From Turneriella sp. (GTDB lineage: Bacteria > Spirochaetota > Leptospiria > Turneriellales > Turneriellaceae), in NCBI GenBank assembly GCA_965279515.1, contig CBDIID010000003.1, forward strand, positions 3,232,001-3,296,000: 64,000 nt of DNA. Reading direction: 5' to 3'. A program made the position numbers and the translations under genes. A model generated the notes under the pieces. It was not told where the DNA came from. It was given only the letters and a program-made list of their open reading frames with translations, and ran no database searches. This document shows positions 1 through 10,047 of the stretch, in pieces (position 1 is the first letter of the stretch; each line of letters begins with the position of its first letter).

Positions 1-2297
1 TCGATCACTTCGCTGTCGAGACCAACTGCCTCGAAGATCTGCGCTCCGCAGTATGACTGCAGGGTTGAGATACCCATCTTGCTGAAGATCTTGAAGAGAC
101 CCTTGCCGATGGCCTTGCGGTAGTTCTTCTCGATATAAGTCGACTCTTTGAGCTCGGGCATGAAGCCGATGGTGTAGAGGTCGTGCAGCGTCTCATAGGC
201 GAGATAAGGATTGATCGCGTTGGCGCCATAACCCAGCAGTAAGCCAAAATGGTGCACCTCGCGCGCTTCACCGCTTTCGAGTACAATGCCCGTGCGTGTT
301 CTCAGGCCCGCTTTGATGAGCGCGTGGTGAACCGCCGCGACTCCCAAGAGGCTCGGTATTGGCGCGATTTCTTTATTCACACCGCGGTCGGTGAGAATCA
401 CGATATTCGTGCCTTGTTTGACTGCCTCGCAGACCGCCGCGCAGATTTTATCCATCTGCGTGCGCATGTCGTTCTTTTTCGCCGGATTGAAATGCAGCGA
501 GAAAACTTTCGCCGAAAATTCGCCCTCGGCGATCTCTTTCAGCTGTTGCAGCTGGCTGTTTTCGAGAATGGGATGCGGCAGTTCGATGCGGTGTGCGTGC
601 TGCGGCGTTTCATCGAGCAGGTTCTGCTCAGGACCGATATAGGTCGTGAGTTCCATGACCAGCTCTTCGCGTATCGCGTCGACCGGTGGGTTCGTGACCT
701 GCGCGAACAACTGCTTGAAATAACGGTAGAGCAGCTGGGGCTTTTCAGAGAGCACAGCCAGGGCCGCATCGGTACCCATAGAGCCGATGGCTTCCTGACC
801 CGTCACCACCATGGGTTTGAGGACAGTCAGCAAATCTTCTTTGGTGTAGCCAAAGATACGCTGGCGTTCCAGCATCGTCTTATGCTCGGTCTTTGTTTCT
901 ACCTTCGGCTGGGGCAGGTCGGCAAACTTGATCATGTTATCTTTGACCCATTTGCCGTACGGTTGCTGCTTGACGATTTTGTCTTTCGCCTCGTCGTCAG
1001 AGATAATGCGGTGCTCTGAGATATCGATGAGGAACATCCGCCCCGGTTCCAGTTTGCCACTCAGAACAATTTCTTCGGGCGGCACGGGGAGTAATCCCAC
1101 CTCTGAGGCCATAATGACAATGTCATCTTTGGTCTTGATGTAGCGCGCGGGACGCAGGCCGTTGCGGTCGAGCGTCGCGCCGATGATATTGCCGTCTGTG
1201 AAGGCGACGGCTGCAGGGCCGTCCCATGGTTCCATCATCGTCGCGTGGTATTCGTAGAAGTCGCGGCGTTCTTCGCTCATGAGGTCGTTCTTCGACCACG
1301 CCTCGGGGATCATCATCATGATCGCGTGCGGTAACGAGCGCCCGCTCATCACCAGAAGTTCGAGCACGGTGTCAAAGGTCGCAGAGTCGGATTGCCCTTC
1401 CATGACGATCGGCAGCATACGCTTCAGGTCGGGGCCGTAGTGTGGCGACTCCATCACTGCTTCGCGTGTCTTCATCCAGTTGATGTTGCCGCGCAGCGTG
1501 TTGATCTCGCCGTTGTGCGCGATCATGCGGAACGGGTGTGCGAGATCCCATGTCGGGAAGGTATTGGTCGAGAAGCGCATGTGGATCAGCGCGAGCGCCG
1601 ACTTCATTTCTTTGTGGCGCAGGTCTTTGAAGAATGCGGGCACCTGGGCGGCGAGCAGCATGCCCTTGTAGACGATGGTGCGGCTGCTGCATGACGGCAC
1701 GTAATATTGCGCGCGGTTGAGCTTGAGTTCCATGCGGATGCGGTGGTCAATCACACGGCGCACCAGATAGAGGCGGCGTTCAAAATCGTCTGCGCTGCCC
1801 TTGAACTTGCCGCGGCCGATGAAACCGTGTACAACGTAAGGCAGGGTCAGCTTCGCGCCATAACCGGGCACGTTGTCATCGACCGGCACTTTACGCCATC
1901 CCAGAAATTCCAGGTCTTCGTCGACGACGATTTTTTCGAAAATATTTTCAGCTTGTTTGCGGAGTGCCTTGTCTTGTGGCATGAAAATGAATGCCACACC
2001 GTATTCGCCCTCTTTGGGCAGCGTGATCTTCGCTTCGGCGGCGGCGACCTTCATGAAGTCGTGCGGCATTTGCATCAGAATGCCAGCGCCGTCGCCGGTT
2101 TCGGGGTCAGCGCCCACCGCACCGCGGTGTTCGAGGTTCATGAGCATCGAAAGTGCCTTGTCGACAATGTCGCGGCTTTTACCGCCTTTCAGGTCGGCGA
2201 TAAAACCGACTCCACACGAGTCCTTTTCGAACTGTGGGTCATACATACCCTTTGCGCCGGGAATGTGCGGGTTTGGCTGTATTTCTGTATTGCTCAT
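1..2297 (-). CDS. gltB: Glutamate synthase large subunit, 5' portion (runs off the window start)
   Basis: Not in the ORF track because it is truncated. The minus strand from ATG at 2297 (GGAGGG RBS at 2301-2306) reads MSNTEIQPNPHIPGAKGMYDPQFEKDSCGVGF, then HRGAVGADPETGDGAG, HMRFSTNTFPTWDLAHPFRMIAHNGEINT and EPWDGPAA. These are GltB amidotransferase motifs. Confidence 0.97.
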   Translation of the reverse strand, partial: MSNTEIQPNPHIPGAKGMYDPQFEKDSCGVGFIADLKGGKSRDIVDKALSMLMNLEHRGAVGADPETGDGAGILMQMPHDFMKVAAAEAKITLPKEGEYGVAFIFMPQDKALRKQAENIFEKIVVDEDLEFLGWRKVPVDDNVPGYGAKLTLPYVVHGFIGRGKFKGSADDFERRLYLVRRVIDHRIRMELKLNRAQYYVPSCSSRTIVYKGMLLAAQVPAFFKDLRHKEMKSALALIHMRFSTNTFPTWDLAHPFRMIAHNGEINTLRGNINWMKTREAVMESPHYGPDLKRMLPIVMEGQSDSATFDTVLELLVMSGRSLPHAIMMMIPEAWSKNDLMSEERRDFYEYHATMMEPWDGPAAVAFTDGNIIGATLDRNGLRPARYIKTKDDIVIMASEVGLLPVPPEEIVLSGKLEPGRMFLIDISEHRIISDDEAKDKIVKQQPYGKWVKDNMIKFADLPQPKVETKTEHKTMLERQRIFGYTKEDLLTVLKPMVVTGQEAIGSMGTDAALAVLSEKPQLLYRYFKQLFAQVTNPPVDAIREELVMELTTYIGPEQNLLDETPQHAHRIELPHPILENSQLQQLKEIAEGEFSAKVFSLHFNPAKKNDMRTQMDKICAAVCEAVKQGTNIVILTDRGVNKEIAPIPSLLGVAAVHHALIKAGLRTRTGIVLESGEAREVHHFGLLLGYGANAINPYLAYETLHDLYTIGFMPELKESTYIEKNYRKAIGKGLFKIFSKMGISTLQSYCGAQIFEAVGLDSEVI

Positions 2298-2406
2298 GTT
2301 CCCTCCGTCTACATGCATTTTCACGCGATCAAACCTTATCATAAAATGCTTTTGACACACCGCGTCAATCGGTTGAAAGCCGATATGCCGGGGTAAACCA
2401 GTCGCC

Positions 2407-2423
2407 AGCAAGGTTTGTACCAA
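2407..2423 (-). promoter_or_regulatory. Sigma-54 (-24/-12) promoter candidate upstream of gltB
   Basis: The minus strand reads TTGGTACAAACCTTGCT, i.e. GG-N10-GC, with one mismatch to TGGCAC-N5-TTGC. It lies ~110 bp upstream of the gltB start in the correct orientation. Confidence 0.7.
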
Positions 2424-2476
2424 GCCTTGCCCGTGCGCATACCCAACTTATTTCGGGTGCGCCTGAGTAGAACAGG

Positions 2477-4429
2477 CTAAGCCTTTTGAGCCGGAACCAT
2501 CAAACCGTATTTGAGCATTTTGGCTTTGAGCGTATTGATGGTTATTCCGAGCTCCCGGCGGGTGCGGTTTTTGTTGAAATTATTCTTTGTCAGAAACTGG
2601 GCTATCAGTGTCCGCTCGCCGGCTTCGAGGGGACTTAGCTGCCCCTCTGTAGCCGGCAGGCGGCGCAACAGCGGAATCTCGGCGATTTCCCGGGACACTG
2701 AAGTCGCAACGGCGATCTCGATACTTTCCCGCAACTCGGCGATATTCCCGGGCCAGGAATGTCTTCTGAGTTTTTGCATCACCGCCACAGAAAACTCCGG
2801 CGGCGTATGTCCCGTTGCCTGCGCGGCTTTGCGCGCAAAGAGAAGCGCGAGAAATTCCGTATCCTGGGGGCGACTGCGCAGGGGGATGGATTTTAGTGCC
2901 AGAGTGTCTAGCCGTGCAAGCAGACCCTGCTCTGTGATTTTTGAACTGAGATTTTCGGAGGCCGTCAGGTAAAAACGTATCTGATCCGAAAACATATCGA
3001 CGAGTGTCCAGAGCGTTTTCATTCCCTCCACACCAAGTTCATCGCAATGGCGGATCAGCACTGCGGTATCACCCGTTTTCGCTGCGGTGATTGCTTCGAG
3101 GCTTTTCTGATGGATTGTTTCGACGGTGTCGAGTCTGCCGGAGCGCTCCAGAAGTTTTTTTCCACCGCGCCGATGGTGCAGGGCGCGGCAAAGCATCGCC
3201 TTACCGGTTGACGCTTCGCCGGTGATAACGACCGGTTGGGTCAGCGCCTGGCGCCTGGCCAGTTGTTGCAGCAGTTGAAAAAACTCTGGCGTCGCGCAGA
3301 TCATTTCCTGTCCCCAGAATTCTGAGAATTCCGCGAGGTTTTCATCGACAGCTGCGTAGGTTGACATGCCTGGTTGCCCGACTTTAGGGGTCCTGGCTAT
3401 TTCGTCACTCAGCCATTTTTCCTGTAGCAGGCTCTCTGCGCGTATCAGGGAAAAAAACATTCTCTGGTTCTCTGTATAAAGATGCTGCAACGAATTGGTG
3501 AGGCTCCGCGCGACCACAGAGTGGTTTGGCGATTCCAGCCTGTTTCCCGCGGTATGTTCGAGAGTTACCTGAATCAACGTCCCCGGTTTGACGCGGAAGG
3601 TAATCCGCCGTGAAATCTGTTCAGCACCTTTATGCAGCAGGCTGCGCAGGCCCTGGATGACTTCGCGGAGAGCCACCTGATTGTCTTCGTGCAGGCTTAA
3701 CCCTTGACCCAGCAGGCGTGCAAATTCGCGTTTCAGGCTAATCGCCTCACTATTTGCAAGCAGGTAAAGCACCGTGGCGAAAAAAAGCATGGGGAATATG
3801 CCGCCCAGAATGGAAAGGTAGGATTTTTGGGTGATCGCGGGAATAAGCCCGTTGGTGATCGTCATGCAGACAAAAATGAAACCACTGACTGCAAGCGTCG
3901 CGCCGATCTGGAATTTTTGAAACGGGATGCGACACCTGCGCCAGGAAAGGTAGAAGAGTCCGATAGCAGTAAGGCCCACCGTGGCAAGAAATGCAATGAG
4001 GGGCAGATGGAGTATTCCATGTACCGCCTGGAATTTCGGATAATGATCCAAAATCGCCACATCTACGATGATGAGCGGCGTCGCCATGGCCATAATCGCC
4101 GCGGCAAGTAGTGATGCCTGTATGAAACGGAAGACCAGGTGTTTGCTCCATGCCGGATTACCTCCGAAGGCAACGACAAAGAAACCAAAAGCACTGTGTA
4201 TCAAGATTCCCGAGGTGAAAATAACCCTCGTCAATAAGAGGGGATTTGAGTCACCCAGCGGGCTTAACCATTTTGCGAACAAGGCGTTGAAGTAAATGGC
4301 TCCGGCGCCCAAAAGATACAAAAAGGCAAACCTGAGATTCCGGTTTGGAATTTTCCTGATTGCCCATAAAAAGAAGAGGGCAGAACAGAGGTCAAAAATA
4401 ATCCACCAGCCAAATGCAAGTAAATTCAT
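2477..4429 (-). CDS. Membrane-anchored (about 7 TM) regulator with a degenerate sigma-54-activator-type AAA+ domain and a C-terminal Fis-type HTH
   Basis: The first ~225 aa are hydrophobic helices. Then come PVVITGEASTGK (Walker A), PLRSRPQD, HSWPGNIAEL and a C-terminal HTH (NKNRTRRELGITINTLKAKMLKYGL). No GAFTGA motif. Confidence 0.8.
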   Translation of the reverse strand: MNLLAFGWWIIFDLCSALFFLWAIRKIPNRNLRFAFLYLLGAGAIYFNALFAKWLSPLGDSNPLLLTRVIFTSGILIHSAFGFFVVAFGGNPAWSKHLVFRFIQASLLAAAIMAMATPLIIVDVAILDHYPKFQAVHGILHLPLIAFLATVGLTAIGLFYLSWRRCRIPFQKFQIGATLAVSGFIFVCMTITNGLIPAITQKSYLSILGGIFPMLFFATVLYLLANSEAISLKREFARLLGQGLSLHEDNQVALREVIQGLRSLLHKGAEQISRRITFRVKPGTLIQVTLEHTAGNRLESPNHSVVARSLTNSLQHLYTENQRMFFSLIRAESLLQEKWLSDEIARTPKVGQPGMSTYAAVDENLAEFSEFWGQEMICATPEFFQLLQQLARRQALTQPVVITGEASTGKAMLCRALHHRRGGKKLLERSGRLDTVETIHQKSLEAITAAKTGDTAVLIRHCDELGVEGMKTLWTLVDMFSDQIRFYLTASENLSSKITEQGLLARLDTLALKSIPLRSRPQDTEFLALLFARKAAQATGHTPPEFSVAVMQKLRRHSWPGNIAELRESIEIAVATSVSREIAEIPLLRRLPATEGQLSPLEAGERTLIAQFLTKNNFNKNRTRRELGITINTLKAKMLKYGLMVPAQKA

Positions 4430-5682
4430 AAGCGTACCTTCTCTATGATCAGACTTGAATTGATGCCGCCAATACCGTGCGCGTTGATGAGCACTCCGGA
4501 AACTTCGCTGGGCCTCGATTGCTTTGAAACGTTCATTTCACAGGCAGGGTCGGGATGCTCCAGATTGAATGTGCCAGGGATGTTTTGATGCTCTATCGCC
4601 AACGCAGAGGCCGCTACCTGCATAGCACCTGCCACGGAAAATCCCTGACCGACCGCTCCTTTGATCGAGGCCGTGGGAATCGTTTTACCCTTACTGCCGA
4701 AAACCATCCCGATGGCAGTGGCCTCGGCGGCATCCGAATGTTTATCTGATGGCGCATGCGCGTTGATAAAGTTTATTTCCGTTCCTGAACCCTGGCCATG
4801 AAACAGGTTCTTTAGGTGCTCTGCCCAGCGCTGTCCCGTAGCGTCGAGCATGTAGAGCTCGTTGACATTCTCTGCCGATTGCCTGTAACCGGTGATTTCA
4901 GCGTAGATGCGGGCGCCCCGCGAAATTGCGTATTCCATATCCTCGAGAATAAATACCGCCGCCCCTTCACCGAGGGCCCTTTTAGTCCTGCGCTCATCAA
5001 ACGGGCAAACAGCATCTTCGGCCGTGAGCCCGGTAGTGAGGAAGCGAGCAGCGCAGAAGGCTCCGTATACCATGCGATTGATCGGTGTGTCGACCGAGCC
5101 GGAGATTGCAATATCTGCCTCCCCTGATCGGATGCGATGGTATGCGTGCCCGAGAGCATTAATCGCGCTGGCGCAGGCTGTAGTTACTGTTGTCACATAG
5201 GATTCGACGCCGTGGGTAAGGGCAATAGCGCAGGCGGGGGCATTTGCGAATGCTTTCGTCATGGCCAGGGGATCGAGAATGCCGGGATCGTACCTGCTTC
5301 CCCGGGAAGGACTTTTCATAATTTCCTTTTCGATCACGTCGAACGCGCTCGTGCCCGTGCCCATGATCACGTCGGTGCGATAAGGATCAAACCCCTTTAA
5401 TCCCGAATCGCTGATCGCTTCTTCTGCCGCAATCAGCGCGAACTGGGTGGCGCGCGAAAAACGTTTTGCCGTCTTCGCCGGCAAGTAACGCGTCGCATCG
5501 AAATCTGAAATCTCACCCGCGAGCCGGCTGGGATACGTTTCCGCGTCGAATAGTGTGATCGGCTTAATGCCGGTTTTGCCCGCGAGCAGGTTATCCCAGA
5601 ATGGCTGTTTTCCGATACCGATTGGCGAAACAACACCGATGCCCGTCAGGGCGACGCGAATCGGTGATGTTAACTTACCCAT
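4426..5682 (-). CDS. FabF-like beta-ketoacyl synthase with an atypical active site
   Basis: RVALTGIGVVSPIG, TACASA (catalytic Cys), PFD, LGEGAAVFILE, INAH, and SIKGAVGQ where GH is expected. Confidence 0.9.
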   Translation of the reverse strand: MGKLTSPIRVALTGIGVVSPIGIGKQPFWDNLLAGKTGIKPITLFDAETYPSRLAGEISDFDATRYLPAKTAKRFSRATQFALIAAEEAISDSGLKGFDPYRTDVIMGTGTSAFDVIEKEIMKSPSRGSRYDPGILDPLAMTKAFANAPACAIALTHGVESYVTTVTTACASAINALGHAYHRIRSGEADIAISGSVDTPINRMVYGAFCAARFLTTGLTAEDAVCPFDERRTKRALGEGAAVFILEDMEYAISRGARIYAEITGYRQSAENVNELYMLDATGQRWAEHLKNLFHGQGSGTEINFINAHAPSDKHSDAAEATAIGMVFGSKGKTIPTASIKGAVGQGFSVAGAMQVAASALAIEHQNIPGTFNLEHPDPACEMNVSKQSRPSEVSGVLINAHGIGGINSSLIIEKVRL

Positions 5683-6578
5683 TACCTAAAGAAGAGTTTC
5701 ACCGAGAGCGACGTCAAAAGCGACAGGGGGATGCCCACCGAGAGCATCGCGGCCACGAGGGGCGGGTTGAGGTTCCTCTGCATCGCGATGATGCCACCCG
5801 TAATCATGGGGCCCATCGCGGCTTCGAGAACGACGATCTTTTTCAGGTCAAGGTTGTAGGCAAAGGCTGTGTAGATAAGGTAAATCGCGACAGGCGCCAG
5901 TACGAGTTTAAATCCTAAGCCGTAGCTGAGCTCTTTGACAAATTTTTTCAGTTGTTTGGCTTCCCATTGAAAGCCGACCGAAATCAGCGCCAGGGGGGCG
6001 AGGGTGTCTGACAGGCGCTCAGCCACGGTGAAGACAAGTTCAATCGGGCGCAGGCGCTGGAAGATAAACGCAAGAATCAGCGCGATAAAGGGCGGAAAAA
6101 GCAGCAGGTCTTTGACGGCAGTCTTCAGGTTGAACTCGCCGATGCGCAAAAAATCCACCAAAGGAATGACGACGACCGCCAGCAGGAGAAAAGTTCCCAT
6201 CTGGTCGATGATGACTGCTACGGGAATATACTGCTTGCCGTAGAGGGCTTCGATCACTGGAATTCCGACGAACGAGGTATTGGCGAGACCAGCCGTAAGA
6301 ATGAGAGCCAGCGTTGTATTGCGGTTGAAAACCTTCAGGCGCTCCAGCGCAAGAAAGATCAGAGCCGCGAGACCGAACATAATCCAGGGCATGAGCGCAG
6401 CGCTGAAGTATGCGGGCGTCATGGGAATAATGCGCAGCGATTTGATGACGAGAGCCGGCAGTGAGACATAGATGATGAAGTTGTTGAGGACGAGATGAGC
6501 ATTCTCGGGCAACTTCTTGAAGCGACGCAGGACAATACCGGTCAGAAAACTGACACCGATCAGAACGAGTACAGGCAT
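5682..6578 (-). CDS. AEC (auxin efflux carrier / malate permease) family transporter
   Basis: Very hydrophobic 298 aa with LNNFIIYVSLPAL, ANTSFVGIP, PLALISVG, KLVLAP and LEAAMGP. Confidence 0.9.
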   Translation of the reverse strand: MPVLVLIGVSFLTGIVLRRFKKLPENAHLVLNNFIIYVSLPALVIKSLRIIPMTPAYFSAALMPWIMFGLAALIFLALERLKVFNRNTTLALILTAGLANTSFVGIPVIEALYGKQYIPVAVIIDQMGTFLLLAVVVIPLVDFLRIGEFNLKTAVKDLLLFPPFIALILAFIFQRLRPIELVFTVAERLSDTLAPLALISVGFQWEAKQLKKFVKELSYGLGFKLVLAPVAIYLIYTAFAYNLDLKKIVVLEAAMGPMITGGIIAMQRNLNPPLVAAMLSVGIPLSLLTSLSVKLFFR

Positions 6579-6579
6579 A

Positions 6580-7683
6580 TCAAGTTAACGAATCGTACTG
6601 CGCGGTCTGCGCGATCAGAAACTGATCGACCAGCACAAGCGCGAGCATCGCTTCGACAATCGGCACCGCGCGGGGCAGCACGCAGGGGTCGTGACGCCCC
6701 TTGACCTTCAGCATCACACTCTCGCCGCGCTCATTGACAGACGGCTGTTCGTGGCTGATCGTCGCGGTCGGCTTGAAGGCGACGCGGATATCGATCGGCA
6801 TACCGTTCGAGATACCGCCTTGTATGCCACCCGAGTAGTTGGTCTTTGTGCGCACCTTGCCATTCTGCATTTCAAAAATATCGTTGTGTTCGCTGCCAGT
6901 CATCGCCGCCGAAGAAAATCCGCTGCCAATCTCGATACCTTTCGTCGCGGGGATTGCCAGCATCGCGCGCGCAATGAGTGCGTCGAGGCGGTCGAATACC
7001 GGGTCGCCCCAACCGGCAGGCACACCGACCGCATGGCAGGTCACGACGCCGCCCAGGGAGTCACCCGCCTGGCGGGTGTCTTGAATCAGCCGCGTCATTT
7101 TTTCCGCGAGCTCGGCGTCGGGCACACGCACGGCATTCGCTTCAATCTTTTCACGCGCCGCCTCGACCTGGGCGAGATCGACAGCGCCCTTATAAAGAAG
7201 ATCTTTGATTTGTGAAACATAGCCGACGATTTCAACGCCTGCCTTTTCGCGGAGGATCTTCTTCGCCACGGCGCCCGCAGCGACGACGCCAATCGTGGCG
7301 CGCGCCGAGGAGCGCCCGCCGCCGCGCCATGCGCGGTGTTTGTAACGTTCGTGGTAGGTGAAGTCGGCGTGGCTGGGACGGAAAACTTCTTTGATATCGC
7401 TGTAATCTTTTTCGCGCGCGTTTTCATTAAAAACAGCCACCGCAATCGGGCTACCCACGGTTTTGTCTTCAAAGGTGCCCGAGAGAATTTTGACGCGGTC
7501 AGGTTCGTCGCGCGGCGTTGTGATGCGGCTCTGGCCGGGTCGGCGGCGGTTCATATCGGGCTGTATATCTGCCGCGGTGAGCGGCATGCCCGCCGGGCAG
7601 TTCTCGATCACACAGCCCAGCGCTTCGCCGTGTGATTCACCGTAGGTCGTGACGCGGAAAAGCCTTCCGATCGAGCTGCCCAT
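6580..7683 (-). CDS. aroC: Chorismate synthase
   Basis: Start moved to ATG 7683 ([19 protein letters not shown]). Motifs [30 protein letters not shown] and GRHDPCV. Confidence 0.97.
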   Translation of the reverse strand: MGSSIGRLFRVTTYGESHGEALGCVIENCPAGMPLTAADIQPDMNRRRPGQSRITTPRDEPDRVKILSGTFEDKTVGSPIAVAVFNENAREKDYSDIKEVFRPSHADFTYHERYKHRAWRGGGRSSARATIGVVAAGAVAKKILREKAGVEIVGYVSQIKDLLYKGAVDLAQVEAAREKIEANAVRVPDAELAEKMTRLIQDTRQAGDSLGGVVTCHAVGVPAGWGDPVFDRLDALIARAMLAIPATKGIEIGSGFSSAAMTGSEHNDIFEMQNGKVRTKTNYSGGIQGGISNGMPIDIRVAFKPTATISHEQPSVNERGESVMLKVKGRHDPCVLPRAVPIVEAMLALVLVDQFLIAQTAQYDSLT

Positions 7684-7770
7684 GGGGCTTTGTCGCGAAG
7701 CGCGAGAGGTTGTAAAACACTCCGCTAAAGCCGTGACCGAATATCTGATAGTGCGAATCTTGCCGCAGGC

Positions 7771-8895
7771 ATGCACCTGACTCCCTATATCTCGGCGATC
7801 AGCCTCGGCGTTTTAGTCTTTCTTGCGGTATTATTGCTGATCGACAGGCAGCGTGCGCCGGGGACGCGTTATCTTTTCGCGCTACTCGTCATTCTCGGTT
7901 CGATCATCGCCACACGGCTGGTTTTTCACCTGGGGAGCGAGCTGCTGATTTACATGCCATTTTTTGTTTTCCCGGCGATTTTTTCCTATGCGCCGAGCGC
8001 CTACCTTTATTGCGAAGAGGCGCTGTTCAACCGCCGGCCGGGCAAGACACTTTGGCTGGGATTAACCATTGCCCCGCTTTCGGCGCTCTGCGTGCACCTT
8101 TTTTTCCACTTCAGATTTGCAGAGCTGCGCGACGTGGCCCAGGTCACTACACAGGGCGGCGTCATCGCTACCTACAGCCGTATTCTGTTTGGGGCCGCCG
8201 TGCTCTACAATGCGGTTTTTTTAATGCTCACGTGGCGCAATATCCATATCTACAACCGCGCCTATAAAGAAAATTTTGCGGGGGCTGACCGCGATCAGCT
8301 GCAATGGTTCCGCATCTTTTTGCTGTTGAACCTGTTTCTGGTCGTTAGTTTTTTGTGTAGCCTCTTCGTGATCTGGTTCTACGATCTCAGGATTCCGTCG
8401 ACGCCGCTCGAGGGCTTCGTTGCACTGATCCTGATTTACGTCATTCTCTATTATTTTATCCGCAAACCTGCGATCTTCACATTGCCGGCAGTCACGCAGG
8501 AAACAAACAAGAGCGACAGGTCGGCAAAATACCGGAAGCAGAATTTATCGGATGCCGAACGCAAGGTATACCTGGCAAAGATCGAAAAATACCTGGCGGA
8601 AGAAAAACCCTTTCTCGATGACAAGGTGACACTCGCCTCGTTGTCGCGGGAACTCGGTATTCCGGCGCACCATTTTTCGATGGTCATCAACATCGAACGC
8701 AACACGAATTTTTATCACTTCATCAACGCCTACCGCGTCGAAGAAGCCAAATCACTGCTGACGCGTGCTGATATGGATGACGAAACTGTGCTAGACATCG
8801 GCCTCATGGCAGGGTTTCAGTCGAAGGCGGGGTTCAATAAAGTCTTCAAGGAAATCACAGGGAAAACGCCGAGTGAATTCAGGGAAAAAAAATGA
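7771..8895 (+). CDS. Membrane-bound AraC-family transcriptional regulator
   Basis: N-terminal multi-TM region, then a C-terminal AraC domain (KYRKQNLS...[11 protein letters not shown]...[15 protein letters not shown]...[25 protein letters not shown]). Confidence 0.92.
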   Translation: MHLTPYISAISLGVLVFLAVLLLIDRQRAPGTRYLFALLVILGSIIATRLVFHLGSELLIYMPFFVFPAIFSYAPSAYLYCEEALFNRRPGKTLWLGLTIAPLSALCVHLFFHFRFAELRDVAQVTTQGGVIATYSRILFGAAVLYNAVFLMLTWRNIHIYNRAYKENFAGADRDQLQWFRIFLLLNLFLVVSFLCSLFVIWFYDLRIPSTPLEGFVALILIYVILYYFIRKPAIFTLPAVTQETNKSDRSAKYRKQNLSDAERKVYLAKIEKYLAEEKPFLDDKVTLASLSRELGIPAHHFSMVINIERNTNFYHFINAYRVEEAKSLLTRADMDDETVLDIGLMAGFQSKAGFNKVFKEITGKTPSEFREKK

Positions 8896-9341
8896 ATCTA
8901 CGTCCTGCTGCCCGGGACGATTTGCCGCGACTAGCGCAGATGAACAAACAGCTCATCGAAGACGAAGGTCATCGCAATGCCATGGATCTCGCTGATTTGC
9001 AGAAGCGTATGGCTGGCTGGGTCGATTCGGTAGAGTATACGGTACAAATTTTTGAAGCGGACAGCACTACGGTGGGTTATTGTGTCTACAAAGATGCGGA
9101 GGACCATATTTATCTGCGGCAGTTTTTCATTGGCCGCGAATTTCGTCGCCGCGGATTCGGTACCGCGGCGCTCGCGCGGCTGGCGCAGATCTGGCCTGGG
9201 CGCCGTCTGCGTCTCGACGTTCTGTCGGGGAATGAGACAGGAATCCAGTTTTGGCAGGCGAGCGGCTTCAGTGAATATGCCTACATTCTCGAGCGTTTAC
9301 TTCCGGGAGAATCGGTATTCCGGCACCTAAAGAAGAATTGA
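8892..9341 (+). CDS. GNAT family N-acetyltransferase
   Basis: Acetyl-CoA binding motif FRRRGFG and N...FWQASGF; ATGA overlap with the AraC gene. Confidence 0.88.
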   Translation: MNLRPAARDDLPRLAQMNKQLIEDEGHRNAMDLADLQKRMAGWVDSVEYTVQIFEADSTTVGYCVYKDAEDHIYLRQFFIGREFRRRGFGTAALARLAQIWPGRRLRLDVLSGNETGIQFWQASGFSEYAYILERLLPGESVFRHLKKN

Positions 9342-9371
9342 CGCCGCCCGGTAGCGGCTAAAGCCACCGGT

Positions 9372-10043
9372 ATGAGAAAGATTTCCGCGCTTTACGCAAT
9401 CCCCCTTTGCCTGACTCTCATGGCGGCGCATTGCAAAGAAAAAAAAGATCAGACCCCGGCATTTGATAAACCCGGAGCGACGAACAGCGGACCAGCGGTA
9501 CCGGACGTTGCTGGTGGTAAGCGCTGGGTCTGGTCGTCAGATGGCGTGATTCTGCGCGACGCCCCGGCTAAGAATGGAAAATCGCTGGCCTTGATTCCGC
9601 GCGGTGAAGAAATCGAAACCTTTTCGGCCGCGGCGGCGCCGCCCGTTGCCGATACCGTGTCAGGCGAGGCCGGGCATTGGGTGAAGGCAAATGTCAAAGG
9701 TAAATCGGGTTGGGTGTTCGATGTATTTCTTTCGTCGCCGCCACCTGCAGACGCTCTTGAATATGGCTCGCCCTATAAAATGAAATCGGGTGAATATTCG
9801 GATGAACAGTTTTTTACCTTCAAGGCGAACGGCTCAGTCAGTTATGCCCGCAATGTCTGCGAGGGGTTCCAGACCTCTGACGACAAATTCACCATCCGCA
9901 AGGGTCAGGTCTTTTTTAAGGGCGACGCCATGAAGCTCGAGATCCATGGGCGCACGAGCCTCTTAATGCCCTCGGGAGCCGAGGATTTTACCTGTAACAA
10001 TGTTACAGGCGCCGCGCATTTTGAAATCCGCCCGAAAAAATAA
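9372..10043 (+). CDS. Lipoprotein with a bacterial SH3-like domain
   Basis: Lipobox-like LMAAHC; GVILRDAP...G..WVK...GWVF SH3 pattern. Confidence 0.75.
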   Translation: MRKISALYAIPLCLTLMAAHCKEKKDQTPAFDKPGATNSGPAVPDVAGGKRWVWSSDGVILRDAPAKNGKSLALIPRGEEIETFSAAAAPPVADTVSGEAGHWVKANVKGKSGWVFDVFLSSPPPADALEYGSPYKMKSGEYSDEQFFTFKANGSVSYARNVCEGFQTSDDKFTIRKGQVFFKGDAMKLEIHGRTSLLMPSGAEDFTCNNVTGAAHFEIRPKK

Positions 10044-10047
10044 CCAG

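Noticed and set aside
249..2396. Long + strand ORFs 249-1019, 1707-2396 and others
   Set aside because: Antisense shadows of gltB, which occupies the minus strand but is missing from the ORF track because it is truncated.
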